A stretch of 64,000 nt of DNA from contig LVAX01000092.1 in the NCBI GenBank assembly GCA_001604215.1, positions 3,027 through 67,026 on the forward strand, written 5' to 3'. The position numbers and the translations under genes were made by a program. Source of the DNA: Clostridiales bacterium Firm_18. GTDB lineage: Bacteria > Bacillota > Clostridia > Monoglobales > Firm-18. The notes beneath the pieces are model-generated. The model did no database searches. It saw only the letters and a list, made by a program, of their open reading frames with translations, and was not told where the DNA came from. This document shows, piece after piece, positions 54,183 through 63,433 of this stretch (its first letter is position 1; each line of letters begins with the position of its first letter).

Positions 54183-55319
54183 TTGAATACAATTGAACAA
54201 AAGAAGATTTTAATTCTCTCCAATCATCATAGATACACTTATAACTTTCGCAAAGAGATTATTCAGAGATTGGTAGATGAAGGGTGCCAGGTTTATATTT
54301 CCTTGCCTTATGGCGAAAAAGTGGAATTGCTTAAAAAAATGGGATGTAAGTATATAGAGTCTTGCTTAGACAGAAGAGGAATGAATCCATTTGTAGATTT
54401 TAAATTAGTCAGAACTTATTATAAAACAATAAAGAAATTACAGCCGGATATAATTCTTTCATATACCATCAAACCTAATATTTATGGCGGCTTAGTATCC
54501 CGGTGGTTTAAAACACCCTTTATTGCAAATATTACAGGGTTGGGAACAGTAGTAGGTAATGAAGGTATTCTTCAAAAAATCTTAATTTTATTATACAAAT
54601 CTGCATTTAAAAAAGCGACATGTGTCTTTTTTCAAAATGAGAGCAACAAGGATTTTTTTATTAATCAAGGCATACCCGTTAAAAAATTCAGGGTTATTCC
54701 AGGCTCTGGTGTTAATATAGACGAGTTTTATTATCAAGATTATCCACAAGATGATGGGACTTTGAAGTTTGTATTTATTGGCAGGATAATGCGTGATAAA
54801 GGAATAGAAGAACTTATAGAGGCGGCAAAAAAGGTTAAAAAGGTGTATAAAAATTTGCAGTTTGATGCTTTGGGTTTTTGTGAAGATGAATATAGGAAAA
54901 AAGCTGACTTATTATATAAAGAAAACATAATAACTTTCCATGGGGTTAAAAACAATGTTAGAGATTATTTAAAAAAATGTCATGCAGTAATCCTTCCATC
55001 ACATCATGAGGGAATGGCAAATGTTTTGTTGGAAGCGGCAGCTACTGGCCGTCCCGTTCTTGCTTCAAATGTGCCAGGATGTAAAGAAACATTTGATGAA
55101 GGCATTAGCGGATTTGGTTTTGAAGTTAAGAATGTAGATAGCTTAGTTCGTGCAATTATAAAGTTTATAAACTTACCTTATGACAAAAAAAAAGCCATGG
55201 GATTGGCTGGACGCCACAAGATGGAAAAAGAATATGACAGGCGTATCGTAATCAATTCTTACCTTGAAGAAATAAATAAAATTAATGAAATGAGTGAAAA
55301 TAAGAATGTCATTATATGA
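54183..55319 (+). CDS. glycosyltransferase family 4 (GT-B)
   Basis: 378 aa with the C-terminal EGMANVLLEAAATGRPVLASNVPG motif (E-x7-E type). Confidence 0.85.
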   Translation: MNTIEQKKILILSNHHRYTYNFRKEIIQRLVDEGCQVYISLPYGEKVELLKKMGCKYIESCLDRRGMNPFVDFKLVRTYYKTIKKLQPDIILSYTIKPNIYGGLVSRWFKTPFIANITGLGTVVGNEGILQKILILLYKSAFKKATCVFFQNESNKDFFINQGIPVKKFRVIPGSGVNIDEFYYQDYPQDDGTLKFVFIGRIMRDKGIEELIEAAKKVKKVYKNLQFDALGFCEDEYRKKADLLYKENIITFHGVKNNVRDYLKKCHAVILPSHHEGMANVLLEAAATGRPVLASNVPGCKETFDEGISGFGFEVKNVDSLVRAIIKFINLPYDKKKAMGLAGRHKMEKEYDRRIVINSYLEEINKINEMSENKNVII

Positions 55320-56616
55320 AAAAATATTAAACAAGCAAGATAAGATTTCAATAATTGGTTTGGGATATGTCGGACTTCCTATTGCGGTTGCATTTGCAAA
55401 AAAAGTTAATGTTATCGGCTTTGATCTAAACAAAGAAAAAATAGAGCTTTATAAAAAGGGGATTGACCCCACAAATGAAGTCGGCGATGACGCAATAAAA
55501 AATACAACGGTTGATTTTACATATGATGAGGCAAAACTTCGCAACGCGAAATTTCACATAGTTGCTGTTCCAACGCCTGTTAACAGCGATAAGACACCTG
55601 ATCTTACTTTCATTGAAGGGGCAAGTGAAATTGTGGGAAGGAATCTTTCAAAGGGTTCGGTTGTTGTATATGAGAGCACCGTATATCCCGGTGTAACCGA
55701 GGAGGTCTGCGTTCCGATATTGGAAAAAACGTCAGGCCTAAAGTGCGGGGTGGATTTTAAAGTCGGATATTCGCCCGAAAGAATAAATCCGGGAGATAAG
55801 GTACATAGGCTTGAGACAATAATAAAGGTCGTATCGGGCATGGACGAAGAAACATTGGATTTGGTCGCAAAGGTATATTCGCTTGTTGTTGAAGCGGGGG
55901 TATATAAAGCAGAATGCATAAAGGTAGCCGAAGCGGCAAAGGTTATTGAGAATTCCCAAAGGGATATCAATATTGCCTTTATGAATGAATTGTCAATAAT
56001 ATTCAATAAAATGGGGATTGACACCAAGGCTGTGCTAAATGCGGCGGGAACCAAGTGGAACTTTCTTAATTTCACGCCCGGTTTGGTAGGCGGGCACTGC
56101 ATAGGTGTCGACCCATATTACCTAACCTATAAGGCGGAGCAGCTGGGCTATCACTCGCAAATTATTTTATCCGGTCGTCGTATTAATGACGGTATGGGTA
56201 AATATGTTGCGGAAAATGCTATTAAGTGTCTGATTCGCACTAACAAGGCGGTCAAGGGCGCTCGGGTTGTTATTCTGGGCTTTACCTTTAAGGAAAACTG
56301 CCCTGATACTCGTAATACCAAAATCATTGACATCGTCTATGAACTGGGTGAGTACGGCATTACCCCATTGATTGCCGATCCTGTGGCGGATGCTGATGAA
56401 GCAAAGCAGCTGTATGGCATCGAGTTTGTCTCCATTGATAGTATCCGCAACATGGACGCTGTGATTTTGGCGGTGGCGCATACCGAGTTTAAAACACTGT
56501 CTTTGGCGGAAATAGAAGCTTTCTTCGGAGATGGCAAGAAGGTACTCTTAGACTTAAAAGGCCTGCTAAGCCGTAAGGAGTACGAAGATGCAGGATATGA
56601 ATATTGGAGGCTATAA
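55306..56616 (+). CDS. tviB: UDP-N-acetyl-hexosamine 6-dehydrogenase (TviB/WbpO-like nucleotide sugar dehydrogenase)
   Basis: Start at the Met at 55306 (MSLYEKILNKQDKISIIGLGYVGLP). Catalytic Cys region GLVGGHCIGVDPYY. Confidence 0.8.
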   Translation: MSLYEKILNKQDKISIIGLGYVGLPIAVAFAKKVNVIGFDLNKEKIELYKKGIDPTNEVGDDAIKNTTVDFTYDEAKLRNAKFHIVAVPTPVNSDKTPDLTFIEGASEIVGRNLSKGSVVVYESTVYPGVTEEVCVPILEKTSGLKCGVDFKVGYSPERINPGDKVHRLETIIKVVSGMDEETLDLVAKVYSLVVEAGVYKAECIKVAEAAKVIENSQRDINIAFMNELSIIFNKMGIDTKAVLNAAGTKWNFLNFTPGLVGGHCIGVDPYYLTYKAEQLGYHSQIILSGRRINDGMGKYVAENAIKCLIRTNKAVKGARVVILGFTFKENCPDTRNTKIIDIVYELGEYGITPLIADPVADADEAKQLYGIEFVSIDSIRNMDAVILAVAHTEFKTLSLAEIEAFFGDGKKVLLDLKGLLSRKEYEDAGYEYWRL

Positions 56617-56618
56617 TC

Positions 56619-57596
56619 ATGGGCTATGAACATTTAGTATTCCCAGGAAATTCGCTGTTTCTCGTCACAGGTGGAGCGGGATTTATCGGCTCTAATTTGT
56701 GCGAGGCGATCTTGCAACTGGGCTATCGTGTCCGGTGCTTGGATGATTTGTCAACCGGCAAACAAGCCAATGTGGATTTGTTTCTTGAGAATCCAAACTA
56801 TGCATTTATAAAGGGAGATATTAAGGATTTAGATACATGTCTGGTAGCGTGTGAAGGTGTGGACTACGTTCTCCACCAGGCTGCGTGGGGGAGCGTGCCC
56901 CGCAGCATTGAGATGCCCCTATTTTACTGCCAAAACAACATTGTGGGCACGCTGAACATGATGGAGGCGGCGCGGCAGAAAGGCGTCAAAAAATTTGTAT
57001 ATGCTTCCAGTTCCTCAGTGTACGGTGACAAAGCCTCACTACCTAAGCGGGAAGGGGTAGAGGGAAATCTGCTTTCGCCCTATGCGCTGACAAAGCGGGC
57101 AAACGAGGAGTATGCCAAGCTTTATACAAAGTTATACGGATTGGAAACCATAGGGCTTCGTTACTTTAACGTATTTGGCAGAAGGCAAGACCCTAACGGG
57201 GCGTATGCAGCGGTAATTCCTAAATTTATTAAACAGCTGTTAAAAGATGAGGCGCCGACAATCAACGGCGATGGTAAGCAGAGCAGAGATTTTACATATA
57301 TTGAAAATGTTATCGAAGCAAACTTGAAAGCATGTATGGCATCAGGTGAAGCTGCAGGAGAGGTTTTTAATATTGCTTATGGCGGAAGAGAATTATTAAT
57401 TGATGTATATAATTTATTATGTCAATTGCTAGGGAAAAATATCAAACCAAGATTTGGCTCTGACCGAAAAGGAGACATAAAGCATAGTAACGCCGATATT
57501 TCTAAAGCACGCAATTTATTGAATTACATGCCGTCATGGGATTTTCAGCAAGGTATAGCAGAAGCTATAGAATGGTATAAAGAAAATTTGTACTAG
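56619..57596 (+). CDS. tviC: UDP-N-acetylglucosaminuronate 4-epimerase (TviC/WbpP-like SDR)
   Basis: GGAGG RBS before 56619. Motifs VTGGAGFIGSNL, AAWGSVPRSI, SPYALTK and GLRYFNVFGRRQDPNGAYAAVIPKF. Confidence 0.82.
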   Translation: MGYEHLVFPGNSLFLVTGGAGFIGSNLCEAILQLGYRVRCLDDLSTGKQANVDLFLENPNYAFIKGDIKDLDTCLVACEGVDYVLHQAAWGSVPRSIEMPLFYCQNNIVGTLNMMEAARQKGVKKFVYASSSSVYGDKASLPKREGVEGNLLSPYALTKRANEEYAKLYTKLYGLETIGLRYFNVFGRRQDPNGAYAAVIPKFIKQLLKDEAPTINGDGKQSRDFTYIENVIEANLKACMASGEAAGEVFNIAYGGRELLIDVYNLLCQLLGKNIKPRFGSDRKGDIKHSNADISKARNLLNYMPSWDFQQGIAEAIEWYKENLY

Positions 57597-57610
57597 AGGT
57601 GATTTGATTT

Positions 57611-58789
57611 ATGAAGAACATTGCAGTTCTTACATATCATAGCGTGATAGATCATAATCAGAAACGGAACTGGAGCTTTTTATCAACATCGGTCAAAGCA
57701 TTTGAAAGCACTTTAAAGTACCTTAAAAAAAAAGGATATAAATCTATCTCCCTTCAGGAGCTTTATGATTTAAAAACTGAAAATACTGACATAGATGATT
57801 CAAAATATATTATTATTAACTTCGATGATGGTTTTTTAGATAATTATACAATTGTATTTCCGTTGCTGGAAAAATATGGCTTTAAAGCAACCGTTTATGT
57901 TAGCCCAGATTTTGTGGATCCGCGTCCCATAGTGCGCACAACTATGTATGACAAAATTATAAATGGTGAAGATGTACCACTTGAAACGTGCTGGGGCTAT
58001 ATGAGCTGGGAGGAGTTAAAGCTTATTGACCGGTCGGGTATCATAGATGTTCAGGCTCACGCCATGACCCATACTTGGTATGCCACAGGACCAGAGCTTG
58101 TGGATATTCACCATGCGGGTGACAAGTACTTCTGGCTTTGGTGGAATTCTTTTAAAGAGTTGAAACCTTTTTGGCTGACTAAGTACAATGAAAATGATGT
58201 GAAATTCGGAACTCCTGTTTTCCAATTTGAGAAATCTATTGTTGCAAAAAGGTTTTTTGTCAATGATGAGGTAAATAAATTCATTATGGACAAGTATCGC
58301 GAAAGGAAAATTAGCAATGATAGTGAGCGTCGTAAATTTGTTTTGGATTTGAATAATCAAATAAAGGAAAAATTCGCGGATGGAATCGGACGTTTCGAGA
58401 CGGATGAAGAGTATTACCAAAGATTAGTGGATGAAATACAAACCTCTAAAAAAATTATTGAAGAGCGCTTAGATAAGCAAGTAAGATTTTTGGCATGGCC
58501 CGGCGGGGGAAACAACACATTGGCGCAACAGATTGCAAGGGATGCCGGTTTTTACTCCGTAACAAAGAAGGGAAAGGCATATAACGAGTTGACCGACGCC
58601 CCGTTTTATTTTTATCGTGTGGGCGGATGGAGTGGCATAAAGATAATGAACAAGCCATGCTTAATAATCGAAAGGCTTTTTATTATGATGCAGCTTTACA
58701 GAAGCAAGGGAGATAAATACTTGCTAAACAGGCTTTTTTCCCTCATTGGCAATGTGCACAGATATCGAAACATTAATATAAAAAGGTGA
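57611..58789 (+). CDS. polysaccharide deacetylase family protein (NodB domain)
   Basis: 392 aa with NFDDGFLDNY and HAMTH motifs. Confidence 0.75.
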   Translation: MKNIAVLTYHSVIDHNQKRNWSFLSTSVKAFESTLKYLKKKGYKSISLQELYDLKTENTDIDDSKYIIINFDDGFLDNYTIVFPLLEKYGFKATVYVSPDFVDPRPIVRTTMYDKIINGEDVPLETCWGYMSWEELKLIDRSGIIDVQAHAMTHTWYATGPELVDIHHAGDKYFWLWWNSFKELKPFWLTKYNENDVKFGTPVFQFEKSIVAKRFFVNDEVNKFIMDKYRERKISNDSERRKFVLDLNNQIKEKFADGIGRFETDEEYYQRLVDEIQTSKKIIEERLDKQVRFLAWPGGGNNTLAQQIARDAGFYSVTKKGKAYNELTDAPFYFYRVGGWSGIKIMNKPCLIIERLFIMMQLYRSKGDKYLLNRLFSLIGNVHRYRNINIKR

Positions 58790-58801
58790 TGGTATCAAAT
58801 T

Positions 58802-59878
58802 ATGTCTTATAAAGTGCTGTACTTAATAAGTACGCTTGGTGGAGGAGGAGCGGAAAGTTATTTATGCTCATTTTCCGAGGAGCTGGCTTTATCGCATCCT
58901 GAAGTAAGCTTCACTATTTGTGCTTTAAAAAAAGGAGGCGTATTTCAAAAAAAACTGCAGGATTGCAATATGAAACATATGGTAATCGGCGGCAAAGGTA
59001 TTATACGCCATGCCGTTATAGTTGCAAGGCTTGTGAGAAAAGAAAGAATTGATATTATTCATTCACATATGTTATATGCTGACATCGTTGCTAGATTGGC
59101 CAAGCTTATGTCTAAATGTTATGTGGTGTCTACACATCACGGCCTTGGAAAATGGAAGAAAAAACTGCTGATTGCGATTGACAGGCTGACAAAAGGGCTG
59201 GTTGACCATTTTATTATGGTTTCGGATAAATCAAAGGAAATCAGAATAAAAAGGGAAAAATACAGCCCGGATAAGATTACTGTTATATATAACGGCATTT
59301 CACAAAGATTTTGCGAAAATGAAGGAAAAACAATCGGAAATAAAATTACGATTGGAACAATTGCTCGTTTTACAGATAACAAGCAGATTAATCTTCTGAT
59401 AGACGTTTTTTACGCACTACGTGGGATTGGGAATATAAATCTTGAGATAATCGGAGCAGGGGAAAATGAGATTGCTCTTAAACAGCAGGTAAAGAACCTA
59501 AAGATTGAAGAGCAAGTGACATTTCACGGATGGTTGAACGATATAAAGCCCGTTACAAAAAACTGGAATATATTTGTACTTTGCTCCATTAACGAAGACC
59601 TGCCTATCTCGCTTATCGAAACTATGGCACAGGGAATCGTTCCGGTGGCGTCCAATGTCGGAGGGATACCGCTGCTTTTGAAAAACGGCGAATTAGGAAT
59701 GCTTTGCGACAGTAAAAACAAGGAAGTATTTATTGACGGAATAAGGTTTCTGATAGATAATCCGGATGTTTATCAATCAATGTCAACCGCAGCAGTTAAG
59801 TACATAAAGGATAACTTTTTAATTGATATGTCCGTTGAAAAAACGCTCGATATTTACAATAAATTAATCAAAGGATGA
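58802..59878 (+). CDS. glycosyltransferase family 4 (GT-B)
   Basis: 358 aa with an N-terminal GGGAE motif and C-terminal EDLPISLIETMAQGIVPVASNVGG. Confidence 0.85.
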   Translation: MSYKVLYLISTLGGGGAESYLCSFSEELALSHPEVSFTICALKKGGVFQKKLQDCNMKHMVIGGKGIIRHAVIVARLVRKERIDIIHSHMLYADIVARLAKLMSKCYVVSTHHGLGKWKKKLLIAIDRLTKGLVDHFIMVSDKSKEIRIKREKYSPDKITVIYNGISQRFCENEGKTIGNKITIGTIARFTDNKQINLLIDVFYALRGIGNINLEIIGAGENEIALKQQVKNLKIEEQVTFHGWLNDIKPVTKNWNIFVLCSINEDLPISLIETMAQGIVPVASNVGGIPLLLKNGELGMLCDSKNKEVFIDGIRFLIDNPDVYQSMSTAAVKYIKDNFLIDMSVEKTLDIYNKLIKG

Positions 59879-59884
59879 TTACAT

Positions 59885-62236
59885 TTGCTAAAGCTGAAGG
59901 ATATATATGATAAGCTTCCGATATCTCTACAAAATGTAGCTGTAAGCTTATATGGCTGGAAAAGGGAACGCGACCGTTACGGCGGCTCCTTTAAAGAACG
60001 ATTGGCATATTTTTCAAGCATTGAAAAAAAGGATACTGCTTTTATTGAAGAATATCAGCTGTCCGAGCTGAAGAAGCTTATTGCAGTTTCCAAAAATTCT
60101 GAATATTACAAGTGTTTGTTCGAACAGCTGAAAATAGACATTAATGATTTTAAAGATATAAAAGATATAATGAAAATTCCTATTTTGGAAAAGGAAAGCC
60201 TTCGTGGTCACGAAAGCAGTTTTTATACGGATAACCGCAGGGATAACCTAACTTTTCATACCAGCGGTTCTACCGGAACGCCGCTTACCGTTAAAATGAG
60301 CAAGGCCGATTTCAGAGATAGAATGGCTATACTTGAAAGGCTTAGGCTTTGCCATGGCGTAAACAGAAAAATGCGTTACATCACTTTTGTCGGTAAAATT
60401 ATAAACAACCGCAACAAAAAGTGTTTTTGGCGTTATAATATATTTGGTCATCAGCTTGTAATGTCCGTGTATGATCTGCATCAAGATAATAAGCTGCATT
60501 ACATAAATAAGATAAAAAGTTATAAACCCGATGTGATTGAAGGATACCCGTCCGCCTTGAGCGTTATCGCGCAATGGATTGTTGAAGAAAATATCAGCTT
60601 GAGTGTTAAAGCGGTGTTTGTTACCGCCGAAACACTTACTGCCGAGCAAAAAGAAATAATGGAAAAGGCGTTCAAATGCCGCATAATAAATTATTACGGC
60701 TCAACAGAAGGGGCGCCGATGATCACCCAATGCGAACATGGTAATTTGCATATAAGCTATGAAACGGGTATCATAGAATTTTTGCGTGAAGACGGCACTG
60801 ATGCCGACCCGGGGGAGCTTGCAAATATGGTTGTAACGAGTTTTTCTTCCAAGGTTACTCCTCTTATTCGCTATAAAATCGATGATCTGGCAATTTATTC
60901 GTTGAAAAAATGTGCCTGCGGTAGAAATACATTAGTAGTTGAGGAAATAGTCGGAAGGGTTGACGATGTATTAGAAACTCCGTACAAAGGCAAGGTTGCT
61001 AGGTTATCAACAAGCCTGAAGCTTTTACCGTCTGAAATTAAAAGGGCGCAGATACAGCAACATTCACCAGTCAAATTTGTTTTGATTATGGAGACAGAAG
61101 AAAAACTTTCAACCGAAAAAATCCAGCCGGTGCTTGATGATTTGCACAACAAGCTTGGCCCTGTTGATATAGAAGTATCTTACACAAATAAAATACCTGC
61201 CGGCGCGAACGGCAAGTTCCGAAGCCAAGTGAATTGCATAAAGAAAAATATTGTTCATAACAAATTAATTAGCGTTGTCATGCCCGTTTACAATGTGCAG
61301 GATTGCTTAAAAGGCAGCGTGTATTCAGTTTTAAACCAAACTTTAAAAAATCTGGAGGTTATATTGGTTAATGACGGTTCAACCGATAACAGCGGCCAGA
61401 TATGCGCCAAAATCGCGTCAAAGGATGAAAGAGTCAAAGTTATAAACCAGCCGAACAGGGGAGTATCTGCCGCGCGAAACACGGGTTTGGAGGCTGCAAC
61501 GGGTGATTATATAGTCTTTATTGATTCAGATGATAAGATTCATCCGGATACCTTAGAGCTATTATATAATAATCTGGTTGAAAACAATGCGGATATATCT
61601 TTCTGCGGGGTTAAAATAGAGGCTCTTGACGGGAGTACCGAGCTTATTTACGGAACGGGGAGAAAATACATATTTACCTGTGAAGAGGCAATTGCGAATT
61701 TTTTGAAAGGAGGCTTGTTTCCCGCCAGCTGCAACAATAAACTATATAAAGCGGATTTAGCAAAATCCGTACGATTTGAAGAGGGGAAAAAGATAAACGA
61801 GGATAGATACTATTTTTATAGTGCAGTGCTGAAGGCTGATAAGATTGTGTTTGAAGATAAATGTAAATATTTTTATATTAAAAGAAAAAACTCTGCTTCA
61901 ACCACTCCTTTCAGAGAGGCAAGCTTTGACCAGGTATATTTTTCAAAAAAAATTATGGAGGAAGTATCTTTAGAATACCCCTCGCTTAGATTGCTCGCGG
62001 AGTATAATGATTATAAAACAAAGCTGGATGTTTTACGTAATCTTTACAGAAATAAGGAAGCAGAAAAGAAATTTTGCTCTGAAGCCAAATCATTAAGGGA
62101 AGACATTAAAGCAATGCCGTTAAAGAAGTACGGTGATTATTTTCCTTTCATGAAGAAGACGGAGATTTTTCTGCTGAAACATTGCTTTTTTGCTTATAAA
62201 AAGTTTTTATCATTGTATAATTATTTGTTTAAGTAG
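59885..62236 (+). CDS. fusion protein: CapK/PaaK-like adenylate-forming enzyme (N, about 455 aa) plus family 2 glycosyltransferase (C, about 325 aa)
   Basis: TTG start. AMP-binding core FHTSGSTGTPLTV and C-terminal lobe VGRVDDVL. Then GT2 motifs ISVVMPVYNV...VNDGSTDNS and FIDSDD. Confidence 0.75.
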   Translation: MLKLKDIYDKLPISLQNVAVSLYGWKRERDRYGGSFKERLAYFSSIEKKDTAFIEEYQLSELKKLIAVSKNSEYYKCLFEQLKIDINDFKDIKDIMKIPILEKESLRGHESSFYTDNRRDNLTFHTSGSTGTPLTVKMSKADFRDRMAILERLRLCHGVNRKMRYITFVGKIINNRNKKCFWRYNIFGHQLVMSVYDLHQDNKLHYINKIKSYKPDVIEGYPSALSVIAQWIVEENISLSVKAVFVTAETLTAEQKEIMEKAFKCRIINYYGSTEGAPMITQCEHGNLHISYETGIIEFLREDGTDADPGELANMVVTSFSSKVTPLIRYKIDDLAIYSLKKCACGRNTLVVEEIVGRVDDVLETPYKGKVARLSTSLKLLPSEIKRAQIQQHSPVKFVLIMETEEKLSTEKIQPVLDDLHNKLGPVDIEVSYTNKIPAGANGKFRSQVNCIKKNIVHNKLISVVMPVYNVQDCLKGSVYSVLNQTLKNLEVILVNDGSTDNSGQICAKIASKDERVKVINQPNRGVSAARNTGLEAATGDYIVFIDSDDKIHPDTLELLYNNLVENNADISFCGVKIEALDGSTELIYGTGRKYIFTCEEAIANFLKGGLFPASCNNKLYKADLAKSVRFEEGKKINEDRYYFYSAVLKADKIVFEDKCKYFYIKRKNSASTTPFREASFDQVYFSKKIMEEVSLEYPSLRLLAEYNDYKTKLDVLRNLYRNKEAEKKFCSEAKSLREDIKAMPLKKYGDYFPFMKKTEIFLLKHCFFAYKKFLSLYNYLFK

Positions 62237-63433
62237 GTGAAACGTGTGCCGGATAACACTGAAAACTGCTACGGATGCAGAGCTTGCGAGCAGATATGCC
62301 CTGTCGGTTGCATAAAAATGGTGGCTGATGACGAAGGCTTTTTATATCCCCAAAAGGATAATGCATTATGTACGGAATGCGGATTATGTATTAAAGTCTG
62401 TCCAATAGATAACGATTCTGTTTTTCAAGAAGGCAAGCAAACGTATTATTGTTTCGTAAATGCCGATGCCGGTGTTGTTGACAGCAGTTCTTCGGGCGGC
62501 GCTTTTTCTGCCCTTGCAAATGAATTCTGTAAATCAAACAAATGCAAAGTATTCGGTGCTAGATGGGGGAATGGCTTTAATGTTCGACATTGCAGTGTCG
62601 ATAATCCTTTGAATATAGAGATATTTCAAAAATCAAAGTATTTACAAAGCGATGTTTTACACACTTATTCTGAAGTAAAGGAGGGTCTAGAACAAGGCGA
62701 AAAAGTGGTATTTAGCGGCACCCCTTGTCAGATAGCAGGACTAAAAGCGTTTTTGCAAAAGGAATATGATAATCTGCTTACAATAGATATTTTGTGTCAT
62801 GGTGTGCCCAGCTACAAGGTTTTCAAGCATTATATCGAATATCTTGAAGATATGTATAATTCAAGCGTAAAAGAATTCGAGTTCAGGAAACGAAGCAGTT
62901 TATTCGGTGTTAAAGACTCCTGCGGTACCGAAGTAAAGTTTTCAAATGGTAAAGAACTTTCGTTTTATTCTTTTAATGATATATATATGAAAGGCTTTTT
63001 TTCGGCTCTTTACTATCGGAAAAGCTGTTACCGTTGTGAGTTTTCACAGGAAAAAAGAGTTTCCGATGTAACAATCGGTGACTTCTGGGGAATTGAGAAA
63101 ACCGACAAAAGACTAAATGCGCATGAGGGGGTTTCCTTAATTATATCGAACAGCGTTAAGGGAAGTGCGGTTCTAAAAGGGCTACATGATAAGCATAAAA
63201 TTTATCAAATCGATAAAAGCTTCGCAATCCCATACAATAAAAATCTCATAAGCCCGACGCCGCTTAATAAAAATCGTGATGAGTTTTTTAGACGTCTAAA
63301 AGTCGAGCGTTTTGATATAATTGTTAATGATTATGTTCGGAACGTTGGAAAAATCAAATTTTTAGCCGCTGCCGTTACACCGGACAAAATTAAAAATATC
63401 ATGCGGAATGTGAGGGAAAGGATAAAAACATGA
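62237..63433 (+). CDS. coenzyme F420 hydrogenase/dehydrogenase beta subunit-like (FrhB family) protein with N-terminal 2x4Fe-4S
   Basis: 398 aa with a GTG start. Motifs CYGCRACEQICP and CTECGLCIKVCP, followed by the FrhB-like body. Confidence 0.7.
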   Translation: MKRVPDNTENCYGCRACEQICPVGCIKMVADDEGFLYPQKDNALCTECGLCIKVCPIDNDSVFQEGKQTYYCFVNADAGVVDSSSSGGAFSALANEFCKSNKCKVFGARWGNGFNVRHCSVDNPLNIEIFQKSKYLQSDVLHTYSEVKEGLEQGEKVVFSGTPCQIAGLKAFLQKEYDNLLTIDILCHGVPSYKVFKHYIEYLEDMYNSSVKEFEFRKRSSLFGVKDSCGTEVKFSNGKELSFYSFNDIYMKGFFSALYYRKSCYRCEFSQEKRVSDVTIGDFWGIEKTDKRLNAHEGVSLIISNSVKGSAVLKGLHDKHKIYQIDKSFAIPYNKNLISPTPLNKNRDEFFRRLKVERFDIIVNDYVRNVGKIKFLAAAVTPDKIKNIMRNVRERIKT

